Assembly (NCBI RefSeq): GCF_006345805.1
Contig: NC_042998.1
Location: 126,356,001-126,420,000 of the forward strand
Length of the DNA stretch: 64,000 nt
Origin: Octopus sinensis
Lineage: Eukaryota
Reading direction: 5' to 3'
Each line of letters begins with the position of its first letter. The stretch's first letter is position 1. The position numbers and the translations under genes are program-made. Shown piece after piece: positions 38,831-51,760 of the stretch. Under the pieces are notes generated by a model, which did no database searches, had not been told where the DNA came from, and saw nothing but the letters and a program-made list of their open reading frames with translations.

Positions 38831-41459
38831 CTTCAGGGTAGATTCATCAATCATCTACTTAATGCTCTGAAATTGTTTTAAGAACTAACCTATGAAAGTT
38901 CCTTGGCAAGATTATCAGAAACATTTACATTTTTGTGTTGGGTCACATAGACAAATCATTACAGACTTTAGATTAGTAGTAATTGGCCTTGTTATAGGTT
39001 TTCCATCCTGTACTAGGATGAAAATGTGGGTGTTGGTACAGTAAATGGTGATAACAATGTTTGTAAAGTATTAGAAAATAAATCCTTTTGCTATCTTTGA
39101 ATTATCGTGCATAAAGATAATTTACATCTTTGTTCATTTTTGTATCTTCTTCAAATTTTGTGTTCACATTTCTGTAAATTTTGTATCAATATTTTTTTCT
39201 CCTTTTGAATTTATCATTTTACCTTCTACTTCAACCTAGGATTTGACTTGTGGTCTTGACTTTAGACCTATTACTTGCTTGGCATGTCTCAGAATGACAT
39301 TTGTTATTCTATTCCTGTAGTTTATGTCTAGAGAGTCGCACTGAGTTAGATTGTGATCCCTGCTTGTTGAAGGAATTATAAACATCTCTACTTGGACCCT
39401 TAGTGACAATTACTTAAAGAAGGTTGGAGATAGACCAACCAAAACATGTATAACCTAATGGTTAGATAGATTTTCTATCCCAGTGTTGACTTAAATATAA
39501 AACCTTAGAATTTTGAATCTATGTCCTAGCTTTTGATCATTGGTTTTAAGTAATAACTTGCATATAGCAACCTATCATATGATAACTCATTAACCACAAG
39601 CATCCATCACTAGGTAATATCTGATTTAAATCCAAGGTTTGTCATCATAAAGGCAACCAACATGTCTAAAAAGTACATCGGAGTTCTGATCACTTGTTTT
39701 TCACTTTCTTTGCAAATAAGCAGTATTAGTGTTTCTTAACTGTCATTCTCAAGAAAATAAATTATACTGCTTCTCACCTAGAAAATAAGTTCTATGTCTT
39801 TAAACTATTTTTCTACTTTAGATTAAAGGACGTTATGTTCTTTTAATTCTGTTTTATTACAGTCTAGAAAATAAACATTGTTTATTACCATCAAGTAGTT
39901 TCAAGTGTTACTGTCAAGCCTTCTACTGGACCTAAATACAAACTGTTTTAGCCCTAGTTCTGACTGATTAAATAATAGTCTAGTTATCACCATACCTTAC
40001 ATGTAATAGCTGTTAGTATCTTTGAAAAAAGCTTTTAGCTTTTGTTCAAAAATTTGCTTGATAATTCATGTAAATCTTTCAGTTTGCAAAACAAATGATG
40101 AGAAAATGTATATACAAAGTGAGTTTCATAACCCTCTGTGTTATAAGGATTCCTAGTGTAACAAATGGAGTACATTCCTTCTCAAAAAGCCACTGCAAAT
40201 TTAATACTTGTTAATTACACAATTATGCTGATATACAAACTGGATTGTTGGTGATTCAAGATATCTTGGCCATGGACTCACTGCTGTGCCAGTCACTACA
40301 GCCTTTGACTCTTTTGACAAACTGACTGACATACAAAATGACCTAGTTTAGTTCTACATTAACCTGATTGAGGAGACATTTTATCAAAAGTGTTCCAGTT
40401 ATGACTGCCTCCACCCCTTTCTTCTTTGGGTCGTTGCATATTTAGAACTATATTATCCAATGTGCCTTTTTAAAATGAGAGGGTGTAATTTGAAAGAAAT
40501 CTAACTGCTATTTTGAGCAGATCATATGACCATCCAAGGATCTTTATTGGCTTTGCAGATAGCAATGGCAAACTTGTAGAAAACATTGCAATAAATAGCA
40601 CAACAAATTAATGATTTGTTGTTGATGCTATTTCACTCAGTGAAATTTACTTAAGAGATTCTTCAGTTTCTATTTGTTAAACACTTTGTGTGTGTGTATT
40701 CTTCTCAGACACAAACAAAATCAAGCCCATAGCCTGTGTATTTTCTAGCTCTTTTTTGTTTTTGTTTTTAATTCTTAAGTTAAAGAATGTTTGTTTGTGT
40801 GAAGACTGGTTTCAATGATGACATTTCAAACAACTGATGCTGGCAGAGATAATACTGTTGTAGGGTGCATATAAAAGTGCAGTTGGGATAGAACTAGGGC
40901 TAGATTTAATGTTAAATGATGGTGAAACTATTTGGTTTGTTTGCAACATTTTTAATTCAGATATTTTCTCCCCTCTCTATCTTATAATCTCTAATTCTTT
41001 CTCCCTTGACTACCATCATATTCTGAAGTTTCCCATTTCAATTCATGTGGCTATTTTCTTTATTCCTTTCTTGTTGCCTTATGTTTTTCCTTTTTTTCTT
41101 TTCTATTTTCTTTCTCTTATTTTCTCTTTCTTTTTTTGTTCTTTAATTCCTTTCACAAGTGTTTTTTTACTAGTTATATCAAATAATATATTTATTACAA
41201 GAATGGTATGAATGAGTGTGTATTTGTTGTGTGCTATACACTCGAGTTCATAAATGAAAAAAAAAAATACTCATCCAGTGCAAATGTTTATGCATCCTAG
41301 TGCTGCAGTTACTCTCTTCTTACACACAGCTTCATAAATATCACTGTTGACATAAATTACATAAAGAACAGTGATATCCTAAAAACACTCAGTAGTAACG
41401 GAATAATCTCAACACTATACTGTGTGTGTGTATGTATGTACTTTATTTTCCATCTCTTT

Positions 41460-41820
41460 TGATGCAGTTACCTAGTCCCACTGTGTGACATCTTGGGCAA
41501 ATCTCTTCTGCTATATCCCTGGGTTAACTAAAGCCTTTAAATGGGTTTGGTAGACAGAAATCAAAGGAAGCCTGTTGTGTATGTGTGTGTCTTTGTCTTA
41601 ACATCATATAATAGTTACAAATGAGTGCCACTGTCATACAAGCAGTATCATTCACTTCCAGTATCCTACAAGAACATATCTAGTCATGGGGAAGTGTTAC
41701 CTTACTTGGAAAAAGACAAGGGTTGCCAACAAGAAAGGCATCTGGCTATAGAAAATCTGTCTCAATAAACTCCGTCTGACCCATGCAAGCATGGAAAATG
41801 GATGTTAAAATGGGGATGAT
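41460..41820 (+). mobile_element. SINE with family A head and RTE-like (family B) tail
   Basis: tagtcccactgtgtgacatcttgggcaa... head, ending in gacccatgcaagcatggaaaatggatgttaaaatggggatgat. Confidence 0.7.
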
Positions 41821-43580
41821 AAGGTAACTGGTGTAAAATTTAACTCTGCTGTCAACATTTACTTAGTAGAGAGACATCACTTACCAAATGGATAATACAA
41901 ATGCATATACATATGTATGCACACATATGTACCTGTATATATTAATACACTTGTACTTGTATGAATGCACACTTTATATATTAGCCAATTGCAGCATAAC
42001 ATAACAATGTCACATACACACAGAATGTAAGAATGGAATTTTTAGTTACATTCAACAAGCTGCTTTTGACTGCCAATGCAGGGTAGTTGTCTGTTAAACT
42101 TTGTTAGAAATAAATCAAAACAAAATAACTTCTCTATTTTTGGAGCAATGATAGCTGAGACAATTATAGTTGGGATTGTTGACAATAATTGATTTATTTT
42201 TAATTTATAAACTTTCATTCATTGTAGAGAGGATATTGATCAGAATTAGGTAAATGAAACCAGGGATGCTGTTTATAACATTATTTACTTTTGTTATTAT
42301 TTGTCAGTTTAAAAAGTAAGATGGAGCTTAACACCCAACTTTCACTGGGTTTCTAACAAAATGTGCAAAGGAAACCCAACCATCAATGATAAAGTTTCAA
42401 TGAATGGAAAGTTGATCTCCAACAATACTGCTGTAGGGATGCATACTTCAGAACTTGGTAAGACATATAACTTACCTTATCATTCTGCTGCATGCCTGGT
42501 ATATCACCAGGCATTTTGGCCTGCTTTCCTCTGGTTGAAGAAGTCAGAGATGAGAAATTGAAGCTGGTCCCCTTGTGCTGCCCTTCCTCACAATAATTCA
42601 AGTCTAGCTCATATCAAGACTTCTTGGAACTACAGTCAGTGAATCTTTTGTTGCAGTGGTCTAGGTATCACACTTCTGTGACAGTTAAATACCAACTCCT
42701 TGTTTGTGAGGATGCATGGGAGGTGTAGTATAGGCAGGAGCAGTCATGGTACTCTGGTTGCATGTGCAGCTACGTTCTTCATTGTCAATGTTCTTTAAGA
42801 AGTGCTATCAGTATGAAAGGAATAGTTTTAGTGATGATTGAAAATGGGTACAAATTTTTGAGGCATTAATCAATGTTTAAAGTTCACTTCACTTTTTAAC
42901 CTTCTGGGTAGAGACTGACTATGCCCTCCCACCACATTTCTAGAAGTGATTATTATTATCATCATCGTTACTTTTGTTATTGATATTTTTTGTCACTAGT
43001 ATAAAGGCAGAATCAGAACACTTGATAAAATGCTTTGTGGTATATAGTTATCACTTCATGCTCAGTTCAAATCTCTCTAGGTTTAACTATGTTTTTCATC
43101 TTCCTATCATCAATGAAATAAATACCTGTCAAGGATTCAAATTGATAAAATTGTCTACACTCCTCTCCAAAATTTTTGGTCCTGTGCCAATGTGGAAATT
43201 TATCATTTCCATGATAATGTGGTGAATTGGGGGTATCAGAAAATAAAATATTTGTGGCATTTGTCTTCACTCCTTATATTTAGAATCCAACTTTAAGAGG
43301 TTGATAAACTTAAAGCCAAATGCTGGGGTCTATGGTATTAACTAACACTGCCCTTAGAATTGCCAACCATGTACTTAAAATTAGAAATCTTTATTTTTTA
43401 TAGTTATGTTTAGAAACAATAAGTATTATGATAATCCTTCTTGGACTTCTTTTATAAGGTGAAAAAAGTAAAATTCAAACCAGTGAGATTTGAATTCAAA
43501 TATTGAAGAAATGATATAGTAAATACTGCAAAACATTTAGTCTGTTGTTCTGTGTTAGTAATTCTTACATAGACATAGAC

Positions 43581-43991
43581 GTGTTGGTGGCACGGAAAAA
43601 GCACCCTTTGAACATAACCGATGCAAGTACCCCATCATCATCATCATCATTGTTCGACTACTGACTGGCTCTCGTGCTGGTGGCACATAAAAAGCACCAT
43701 CTGAATGTGGCTGATGCCTGTACCCCACTGACTGGCCCCTGTGCCGGTGGCACGTAAAAAGCACTATCTGAATGTGATTGATGCCAGGCCTGCCAGACTG
43801 GCTTCTGTACCGGTGGCACGTAAAAAGCACTCACTACACTGTCGGAGTGGTTGGCGTTAGGAAGGGCATCCAGCTGTAGAAACATTGCCAGATCAGACGG
43901 GAGCCTTGTGCAGCCGCTGGCTCTCCAGACCTCAGTCAAACTGTTCAATCCTTGCCAGCATAGAAAACGAATGTTAAACAATGATGATGAT
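43581..43991 (+). mobile_element. Family B element with four internal ~66-bp subrepeats
   Basis: Cores gtgccggtggcacgtaaaaagcac (or variants) at 43581, 43674, 43741 and 43807, then the family B body and a (gat)n tail. Confidence 0.85.
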
Positions 43992-44028
43992 ATGTTTCTT
44001 GAAATTTTATGGAAGAGAAGGACACATA

Positions 44029-45257
44029 TGAGGGTGAGCTAAAAAGCTCATAGGCTAACCAAGATACTCTCGTGGAATGTAACCAAATCAGGTTCATTTT
44101 TCAACATAGTTTCCCATGTTGTCCACACACTTCTTCCATCAGTGTTGCAGTGCTTGGATCCCATTGGTGAATAAACTTTCATCTTGTTGCTAGAAAAAAG
44201 TTATCAATAGCAGATAGAATGTTATCATCACTGTGACGCTGATTCCCAGCCAATGTTTTTTCATGTTGGAGAAAAGATGAAAATCAGATGGGGCCAAATC
44301 AGGAGAAAAAGGAGGGTGATCAACCCTTTCAAAGCCACTGTCACACAGAGTAACCATTGGAATCAAGGACTTGTGTGCTGGAGCATTGCCTTAATGAAAC
44401 AAGATCCCTTTCATCAGTTTTCCTGGTCATTTGGTCTTGATAGCCTTTCATAACTGCCTCAGCAAGTTGGTATACTATTCATTGATGGTCCTTTTGAAGA
44501 AGTCAGTAAACACAATGCCTTTTGTATCCCAAGAAACTGAGGCCATCAATTTCCCTGTAGATGAAACAATGTTGGCCTTCTGTGGAGTAGGTGAGGAGGA
44601 GTGTTTCCACTGCATGGATTGTCTCTTTGTCTCTGGCTCATTCTGGCTTAGGAAATATTCAAGGAAACCTGCTAGATTTGCCTCAAACAATGTCAATTTT
44701 TCCCATGATGTGATCAGCCTGGTGCACTTTTGATCAAGTATCAGATGTGGTACCCACTGAGCAGAGACCTTTGTCATACCAAGTTCATTGTGCAGAATAT
44801 TGTCAACTTTCTCATGAGATATGCTCATAGCATTTGCTATTATTTGATTTATAGTCAATTGTCTGTCATTCATCACCATGTGGTGAACATGATCAATGTT
44901 TTCCTTGGTGGTGGCAGCTGCAGGACATCCAGACCTTGGGGGATCTTCAAGATTCTCCCTTCCTCTCCTAAATTTAGTTGCCCATTTTGCACTGTTGATA
45001 AAGATGGAACATCATACTTTAATGTAGCAACCATGTCAGCATAAATGTTGTTGGGAGCTAAACCCTTTCTCTGTAGGTACTTGATAACACCATGATGCCA
45101 AATTTTCTCTATTTCCAAGAGAAGTCATTAATAGTTATTTTTGAAGTCAGATGTTACTTCACCTGAAAAGCAAAAGGTGAAATTAATGAATGCAAGATTT
45201 CAAAATTTTAGCGTCACTTCTTCATAATCGGGCTATGAATTTTTCAGCCCACGCTTG
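44029..45257 (-). mobile_element. Near full-length decayed mariner (Tc1/mariner) with a transposase pseudogene
   Basis: TA flanks at 44027-28 and 45258-59; degenerate ~28-bp TIRs tgagggtgagctaaaaagctcataggc / ggctatgaatttttcagcccacgcttg. Minus-strand HTH (VIKYLQRKGLAP..IYADMVATL), WVPHL linker, EPETKRQSMQW and HPPFSPDLAPSDFHLF motifs, all frameshifted. Confidence 0.93.
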
Positions 45258-46454
45258 TATCTTTTTAATGAGTTGGCCTGCTTAAGGTAAGCACATCCTG
45301 TTCGATTTTTTGACTATAAGTTATTCATAAACCAATAAACTATAGGTTACTTTTAAACTGCTTTACAGTTTTTTTTTTATTATAATAATTCTTTCTACTC
45401 TAGGCCTAAAGCCTGAAAATTTGTGAATGTCCAACTGGTACTTATTTCACCAAAGATGAAAGGAATCGGCACCAGTGGAATTTGAACTCAGAGCATAAAA
45501 CCAGAAGCATTTTGTCCAGTGTGCTAATGTTTCTTGGGTGGTTGTTGTTGTTTCACCCAACTACTTGATATAGAATGATTGTAGTGTTGTGCAATGCCAG
45601 AGGACCACTATAATTCTAATGTTGGCATACCTATAACAAAACTAGTTAGATATAATGTAACAAGTTGTTATTAAGTAAGCTCAAAGTCCTGCCATGTCTT
45701 TGTTTTTTTTTTGCTTTCAGTTTGGTGGACAGTCAGATTTCATTTTATTTTATTTTTGTTTATTAGTCGTCTCAAGAATTTATTGCAGAAATTCACATTC
45801 TATTTATACTTTGCCATTTTAGGAATTTACTTTTATTCTTTGTGTTTGTTTCTTGAAAAAAAAAAAATATATGTAGAACACACGCACACGTGTGTAGATG
45901 AATGTGAAAGAGTACTCTGTACATGCCATAGTTTATTCATATATTGGATCTGATATTCAATCAGTCACACTACTCTGAGCTTGTTGGTCTATTAAGCAAG
46001 TTAAACAATATTCAAATTTTAACTGCTTTTTGTTTGCTTTGAAACCTCTGGTTGTGATTACATTTAATTTTTCAAACATCTTTAATACCCTTGTTGAACA
46101 TATCAGTGCTTAAAGTATTCACTCCCATTCCCATAAATAGAACAAAATCTGTTTTTCATGCGTCTGACCGTTGTAATTCATTTATATCTAATTGACTATC
46201 AAACAATGAACAACGAACACTTTGTTACTGATGAGAATAACTAATAGATATTTGTTAACTGCTCCCTTCTTGTAGCATTTACCACTCATTGACTTATCGT
46301 GACTAAAATCTATTGTTTTCCAAACATACATACTGTACTATATTCTATACTACTTTGATATGTGTCACTGTTTCTACAGGACATTTCCTTACAGATACTT
46401 GTTACTTCCTGTTACTATTAATTCAGGACTTGTGTGCATGCACACACACAACCA

Positions 46455-46680
46455 CTTTGAAGGGTTGAATCTAACAAATTGACGCCAGTACTTATTTTGT
46501 TTCAAGTTTGATACTTATTCTATTGGCCTCTTTTACCAAACTGCTAAGTTATAGGGACTTCTTTCTGTTTCTGTCTACGAAATCCACTCACAGGGCTTTG
46601 GTAAGCTTTGGGCTATAGTAGAAGACACTTGCCCAAGGTGCTACATAGTGGGACTGAACCCAACCACATAGCCATACTTC
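46455..46680 (-). mobile_element. SINE family A, deleted copy
   Basis: aatccactcacagggctttgg...gaagacacttgcccaaggtgc...gtgggactgaaccc. Confidence 0.8.
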
Positions 46681-46932
46681 TGTATATAATTTTTTGTTTT
46701 TAAAACATATTTTTGCCATTTCTGTGGGTTAGGCAGTTCTTTAAATTCAGTTGATCCATACATTATTGGAACATGTATTTTACAGTTGGATTTCTGGATG
46801 TTTACTATTCCTCTGTGACGTAAAAGAGGCACCTATTTTAGATCAGTATATATGATACACTCAGCAGAGTAATGTTGTTTAACTCCAGGCCAGCTTTCAT
46901 TGGGAGAGCCTATGTATATGTGTGATAAGGTT

Positions 46933-47322
46933 CAGGTGTTATTGTGTGGTAAGAAGCTTGCTTCCCAACCACATGGTTCTGGGTTTAGTCCCACTGCATG
47001 GTACTTTGGGCAAGTGTCTTTTACTATAGCTTTGGGTTGATCAAAGCCTTGTGAGTGGATTTGGTAGACAGAATCTGAAAAGTAACCTGTCATGCATATA
47101 TGTATATATCTGTGTGTGTCTTTGTATCTGTGTTTGTTCCCCCACCACTGCTTGACAACTGGTGTTGGTGTGTTTACTTCCCTGTAACTTAACAGTTTGA
47201 TAAAAGAGACCGATAGAATAAGTATTATGTTTTAAAAAAAAGTCCTGGGGCCAATTCATTTGGCTAAAACACTTCAAGGTGATGCCCCAGCATGGCTGCA
47301 GTCAAATGTCTGAAACAAAAAG
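46933..47322 (+). mobile_element. SINE family A, full length
   Basis: tRNA-like head tgtgtggtaagaagcttgcttcccaaccacatggttctgggtttagtccc through to cagcatggctgcagtcaaatgtctgaaacaa. Confidence 0.85.
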
Positions 47323-47859
47323 ATTAAAAAAAAAGTTGATTGTCAGATATAGAGAAACAGTAACTGTGATACTGTAACAGAGTCTACTTTACTTGCTCCT
47401 GCTGTGGTCACTACCAGAATCTACAAAAGCACATTGGACAGTAGTGGGAGCACAAACATTCTTGGATTTCCACTGTGGAGTCTTGTCACTAGCAGTTGTT
47501 GAATTGTGATAGTGCACTGGTGAGGTTATACGAGAGGGGTGGGTAGAACAGGTTTCAACATGGCTACTCATATCTAGTAGGGTAAAGAGTGGGAGAGAGA
47601 AACAGAAAATTATCAGGAGCTGCAAGACATAGATAATGGCAGTGATGTGCTCAAGTGGCTTCACAAAACACACTTGGTTTAAATTATCTATAATGATAAA
47701 GAACTAATTTAGGCATGTTTTCTGTCTAGTCAGTTAGTGGTTTTGTTTTTAAAGAGGTTTCCCAAGTTAAATACCTTCAATAACTCTCTGCCACAATGAA
47801 AAACTAGAAATGCACTCAGAGAGCACAGACCTCTGCCGAACCAGCAGGAGCAGCACTAC

Positions 47860-48240
47860 GATGACAACCACCGCCACCACCACCATATCCTACTAATATC
47901 ACCACCACCACCACCACCAACATCATCAATAGCATTGTCATTGCTTCCACTTCAACCTCATACACTGCCATCAATGTTATCATGACGATTATCTTGACAG
48001 TCACTTTCACTACCGCAACTAGTATAACCACTACAATACCACCATCACACAACTAACACTATCATCAACACCACTATTACCACCATCTCCTCAGCATCAC
48101 ACATCACACCACTCCTGTTGCCCTTATAACCACTGATACTATTTTATTCTCCTCCCATACTTATCTCAACCATCGTCATCATCAACACTGTCTCTGCTTT
48201 CACCACAATCAAGATCAAAACTACGATCACCACAATCAGT
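47860..48240. repeat. ACC/ATC-rich low-complexity tract
   Basis: Degenerate (ACC)/(ATC) trinucleotide repeats. Confidence 0.85.
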
Positions 48241-48617
48241 TTCTTTACACAGTTGAAAATCCATTATCTGATACTCATAGGACTGAGATTGTTGCAGATT
48301 TTTGATTTTTAAAAATTTTGGTGTGCTTTATTAAAAAAAAAATAATTGCATCTACAAAACAGAACAGTTTGAGGATAGAAACCAGGTCTGAACACAATAG
48401 CTTATAGACATACTCTGAATGTAGTTCTATATAAATCTTTAATAATTTTTTTTTTATACTTAAGACCATCTGAAATGTTAAGATATCAGCCTCTACCCAC
48501 ATTGTCATGCTTTTGATTAAAAGGTTACAGCATGGATTAGATTACTTAGATAAGTTTTGGCTGAAGTTGACTCAGGGCATGTCTAATTTAATAGCACCAC
48601 CTGGAAGAGATACACAG

Positions 48618-49012
48618 TCAGCTCTGGGGAACCGTAGCCCATTCAAGCAGAGGGCTATTGTTTTCAAAGACATATCTGGGTGTAGGTGGTTTATCTGGAA
48701 TTTGTTGTGGATAATCATCTAGGAATTGTTTGAATGCCAGGAAGTCACTTTCCTCCTTTATGTGTGTCTGGCACGATGTTGAAGAGAGCAGGGCCAATTG
48801 AGGTGAAATAGTTCTGTCATTGTGTTGTGATATGACACAAACTTTTCTGTACTGGATGGCACGAGGGCCAAGCCTAGGACGAATTTTAAAGATGGGCAAT
48901 GTTGATGGAATATTTTCCACATCATACAGATGATATAGAGCTCACAGTGGCGGTGGAGGGAGCAAAGCCTGAGCTTTTTGAGTCGATCCCAATAGTCAAG
49001 GCTTGTCATGTC
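48618..49012 (-). mobile_element. CR1-group LINE 3' end fragment
   Basis: LDYWDRLKKLRLCSLHRHCELYIICMMWKI (compare LDYWERL..L.LYSLQRRRERY.II..WKI) and FKQFLDDYPQQIPDKPPTP..NNSPLLEW, typical of the CR1 ORF2 C-terminus. Confidence 0.8.
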
Positions 49013-50509
49013 ATCCTCTGCAGACTTCCACCAAGCAGCTCATTTTAAGATAGATACGCGAGTAAAATTACTAATAGAGAAACGAAAATAATCTTTGGAA
49101 TCAGCAACACCACCATAGGTTATGTGCAAACGATGAACGTGTTTTCAAGGGAGATAATCAAAGAACATAACGTAATACTTCATGTAAAGTAAATATAACA
49201 AATGAAAAATCCTTCAAGAACCCATAAAATTTCCCAGATCACTACCAAAATTTCATTATCTGTTCCTTGTGTCATCACCAACTTTTCCTGCAAGTTTCAT
49301 CAAATACCGTTCACAACTATTTGAGTTATTTTGCATACAGACGGACAAACCAACACCGATGAAAACATAACCTCCTTCCTTGGCGGAGGTAACAATGATT
49401 TCATATATAAAGAAAAGAAAAACTAATATTAAATAGTAACAATAGTAATTACATCTAAAGAAAAAGCCATTGAGTATCCATTTGAGTTCTTGTATGGATG
49501 GTCTGTTTAGCTAAATTCTGGTGTGGCTAATATTTTTCTCAGTTTATTAAGAATGAACCAAAAATCACACACACACTTATACAGCAAGATGAATAGGGCA
49601 AAGATTACAATGACTCCATGAAACAGGATGCTATTCTATGCTGTGCTACTAGAAGCAAATCTCATGATATCCACTGAAATATCTTATGTAAAGTTTCCCA
49701 TCTATTCTTTACATGATGAATCTAAACAGGTTCTTATCTATTGCTAGATTCCAGAATCAGCTGCAGAGATACAATAAATAACAGCAGCTATTAGCTGCTT
49801 GCTATCTTTCCTGTTGGAATTTCTTTTGTCTAACTTACAGTATACTGTGAAAAAAGAAAATCTTGTTTCATCTGTTATAAATATTACTCTGAGTAGTCTC
49901 TACTCTATGCAGTTGCTTGCTTGTTAGTAATAACATCAGATCACATCCTGCCATCTTAAAATTAAAGAAAGGAGATATTGGATAATATAATTCTAAGTTC
50001 AACATCCACTAATCAGTGTTGCCCAGGATCTAAACAGCAGCATTACTCACTTCAGTGTTGTGGAAAAATTATTATTCTTAAAATGTAGAGCAGTCCAAAA
50101 GTCTAGTCAATCCAATATTACAATGTAATAAAGATATATAACTTAGTTTTAATTAAAAATAAAAGCAGTATTCTATGGAAGCCTTTGTAGGCTGGGTGTT
50201 TCTTAAACCTATTAATTCCAGTTCCTATTGGAAACATTAAACAGATGAGCAATAAATCTCCCTTGATAGGTTGTTAATTTATCACAGTCAAGTTTCCTAG
50301 AAAGATATTTTCACCTGCTTTGATATAACTAAACCACATAAAATTAAGTTTTTCTAGGGACCAAATGAACCCCCAGCAGCAGCAGTGGGAAAGTAATTTG
50401 ATCATGAGAAGATCATATTTCATCTGACCATTTTGAGTGTCACTTGTATAAATATTACCATGACACCATTGGATTGGGCCATAGTGGAGCATCACCTCGA
50501 TGGGTACCC

Positions 50510-50770
50510 TTTCAGCCGCTTTTGCTAAACTTCTAAGTTGCAGGGATGTAAACAAAACAATACCAGGTGATGGTGGTAGAAGTGTGTATGTACACACACA
50601 CACACACACACACGACAAGCTCCTTTTAGTTTCCATCTATTTTGTGAATTCATTCACAAGGCCTTAGTCAGCTATAGAAGATACTTGCCCAAGATGCCAT
50701 ACTGTGCAACTGAACCCAGAACCATGTGGTTGGGGAGCAAACTTCTTACCACACAGCTATGCCTGCGCCT
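50510..50770 (-). mobile_element. SINE family A, 3'-truncated
   Basis: acttgcccaagatgcc...tgaacccagaaccatgtggttgg...cttaccacacagctatgcctgcgcc. Confidence 0.8.
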
Positions 50771-51129
50771 TATAATTTCATATAATTACAAGATGTTCTT
50801 TTATAAATGCTGCTTTATTTAGTCTTAGATAACTTACAACTTACCAGGTCTTTTCTGCAAATCTGTTACTTTTTCCAACCTGTACTATCCCTTGTGAATA
50901 TTTATAAAAATACTCACTAGTTAATTTCCAATTGTATTTAAGCAATACTTTGCAGCTGATATTTTAAAATCTTTTCTTTTCATTTAAAAAAAATTCTGTT
51001 TGTGTAGAATTAACTGCTGATATTTACTATTGAATATGCTGTTAGCATGCCTCCTGAAATGATTATTTTAATTCTATTTTCTGCCTACAAACAATGTTAT
51101 TTAATTGTCCTTAATATATAATTGGTGCA

Positions 51130-51327
51130 AAGTGGTGAGCTAGCATAATCATAAGCACACTGGCAAAATACTTAGTGGCATTCCATCTGACTTTACATTC
51201 TGATTTCAAATTTTGCTGAGGTTGACTTTGCCTTTCATCCTTCTGGGGTTGATAAAATAAGTACCAATTGAGCACTGGGGTTCATCTCATCTGAACTTTC
51301 TGGTCTTGTGCCAAAATTTGAAACCAA
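51130..51327 (+). mobile_element. tRNA-derived SINE family C (Nin-domain-like)
   Basis: ggtgagctagcataatc...ttcaaattttgctgaggttgactttgcctttcatccttctggggttgataaaataagtacc. Related copies at about 58966-59178 and 60906-61055, and decayed at about 30640, 43010, 45420 (-) and 59670. Confidence 0.75.
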
Positions 51328-51760
51328 TATATAATGGGTGCAGACATCATTACTCCATTTATTTTGAGAAGGTTTGTGTTCTGTTAAAGCTATATTATTA
51401 GCCTATTGCTGAAATAGCCATAGCCAGTGAGGGTTATAAGAGGCGTGGTTATTGCTAGTTGAAAAGCTCATCATTATTATTTTATACTCAATATTACTCA
51501 AACACTATAGGAAGCTTATGTGAGCACTTGTGAAGAAGGAATCATAAAGGAAGTGAACACAATATTGGCTCCTGTCTGTGAAGGAACTTATTGTAATGTT
51601 ATAATGGCCAAATTCTGATAAGTTCTTGTGTAAATTTTAAAGTTTTCAACTTGATGCCTGGTCTTTAAGTAAAATCCTTTAACATTGTTTCAGAAAGTGT
51701 TACATTTTGTGTTATATGATTAGTATAAAAAGAAAAGTAGCATGATAGTCAGTATATAGT

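Larger units (their letters stand above)
47802..49392 (-). mobile_element. Helentron/HINE-like non-autonomous element(s); possibly one composite or two separate pieces
   Basis: Minus-strand 5' end TTACCTCCGCCAAGG from 49392, with GTCT/GTTT microsatellite. Minus-strand 3' end GGCAGAGGTCTGTGCTCTCTGAGTGCATTTCTAGTT (sub-TIR, hairpin, CTAG at 47804-47807). A second sub-TIR remnant lies at about 49020. Confidence 0.6.

Noticed and set aside
42320-42800. Possible decayed RTE 3' coding fragment on the minus strand
   Set aside because: Only faint resemblance; needs a homology search.
32598-43830. CRISPR-like appearance of the ~65-bp arrays (conserved core, variable spacer) and of the 44-bp repeat
   Set aside because: Eukaryotic intron with no cas genes. 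The spacers are homologous to each other or absent, and the 65-bp arrays are part of a retroelement.
46933-47010. tRNA gene-like A/B boxes in SINE heads
   Set aside because: No full cloverleaf is evident and each continues into a SINE body; these are not tRNA genes.
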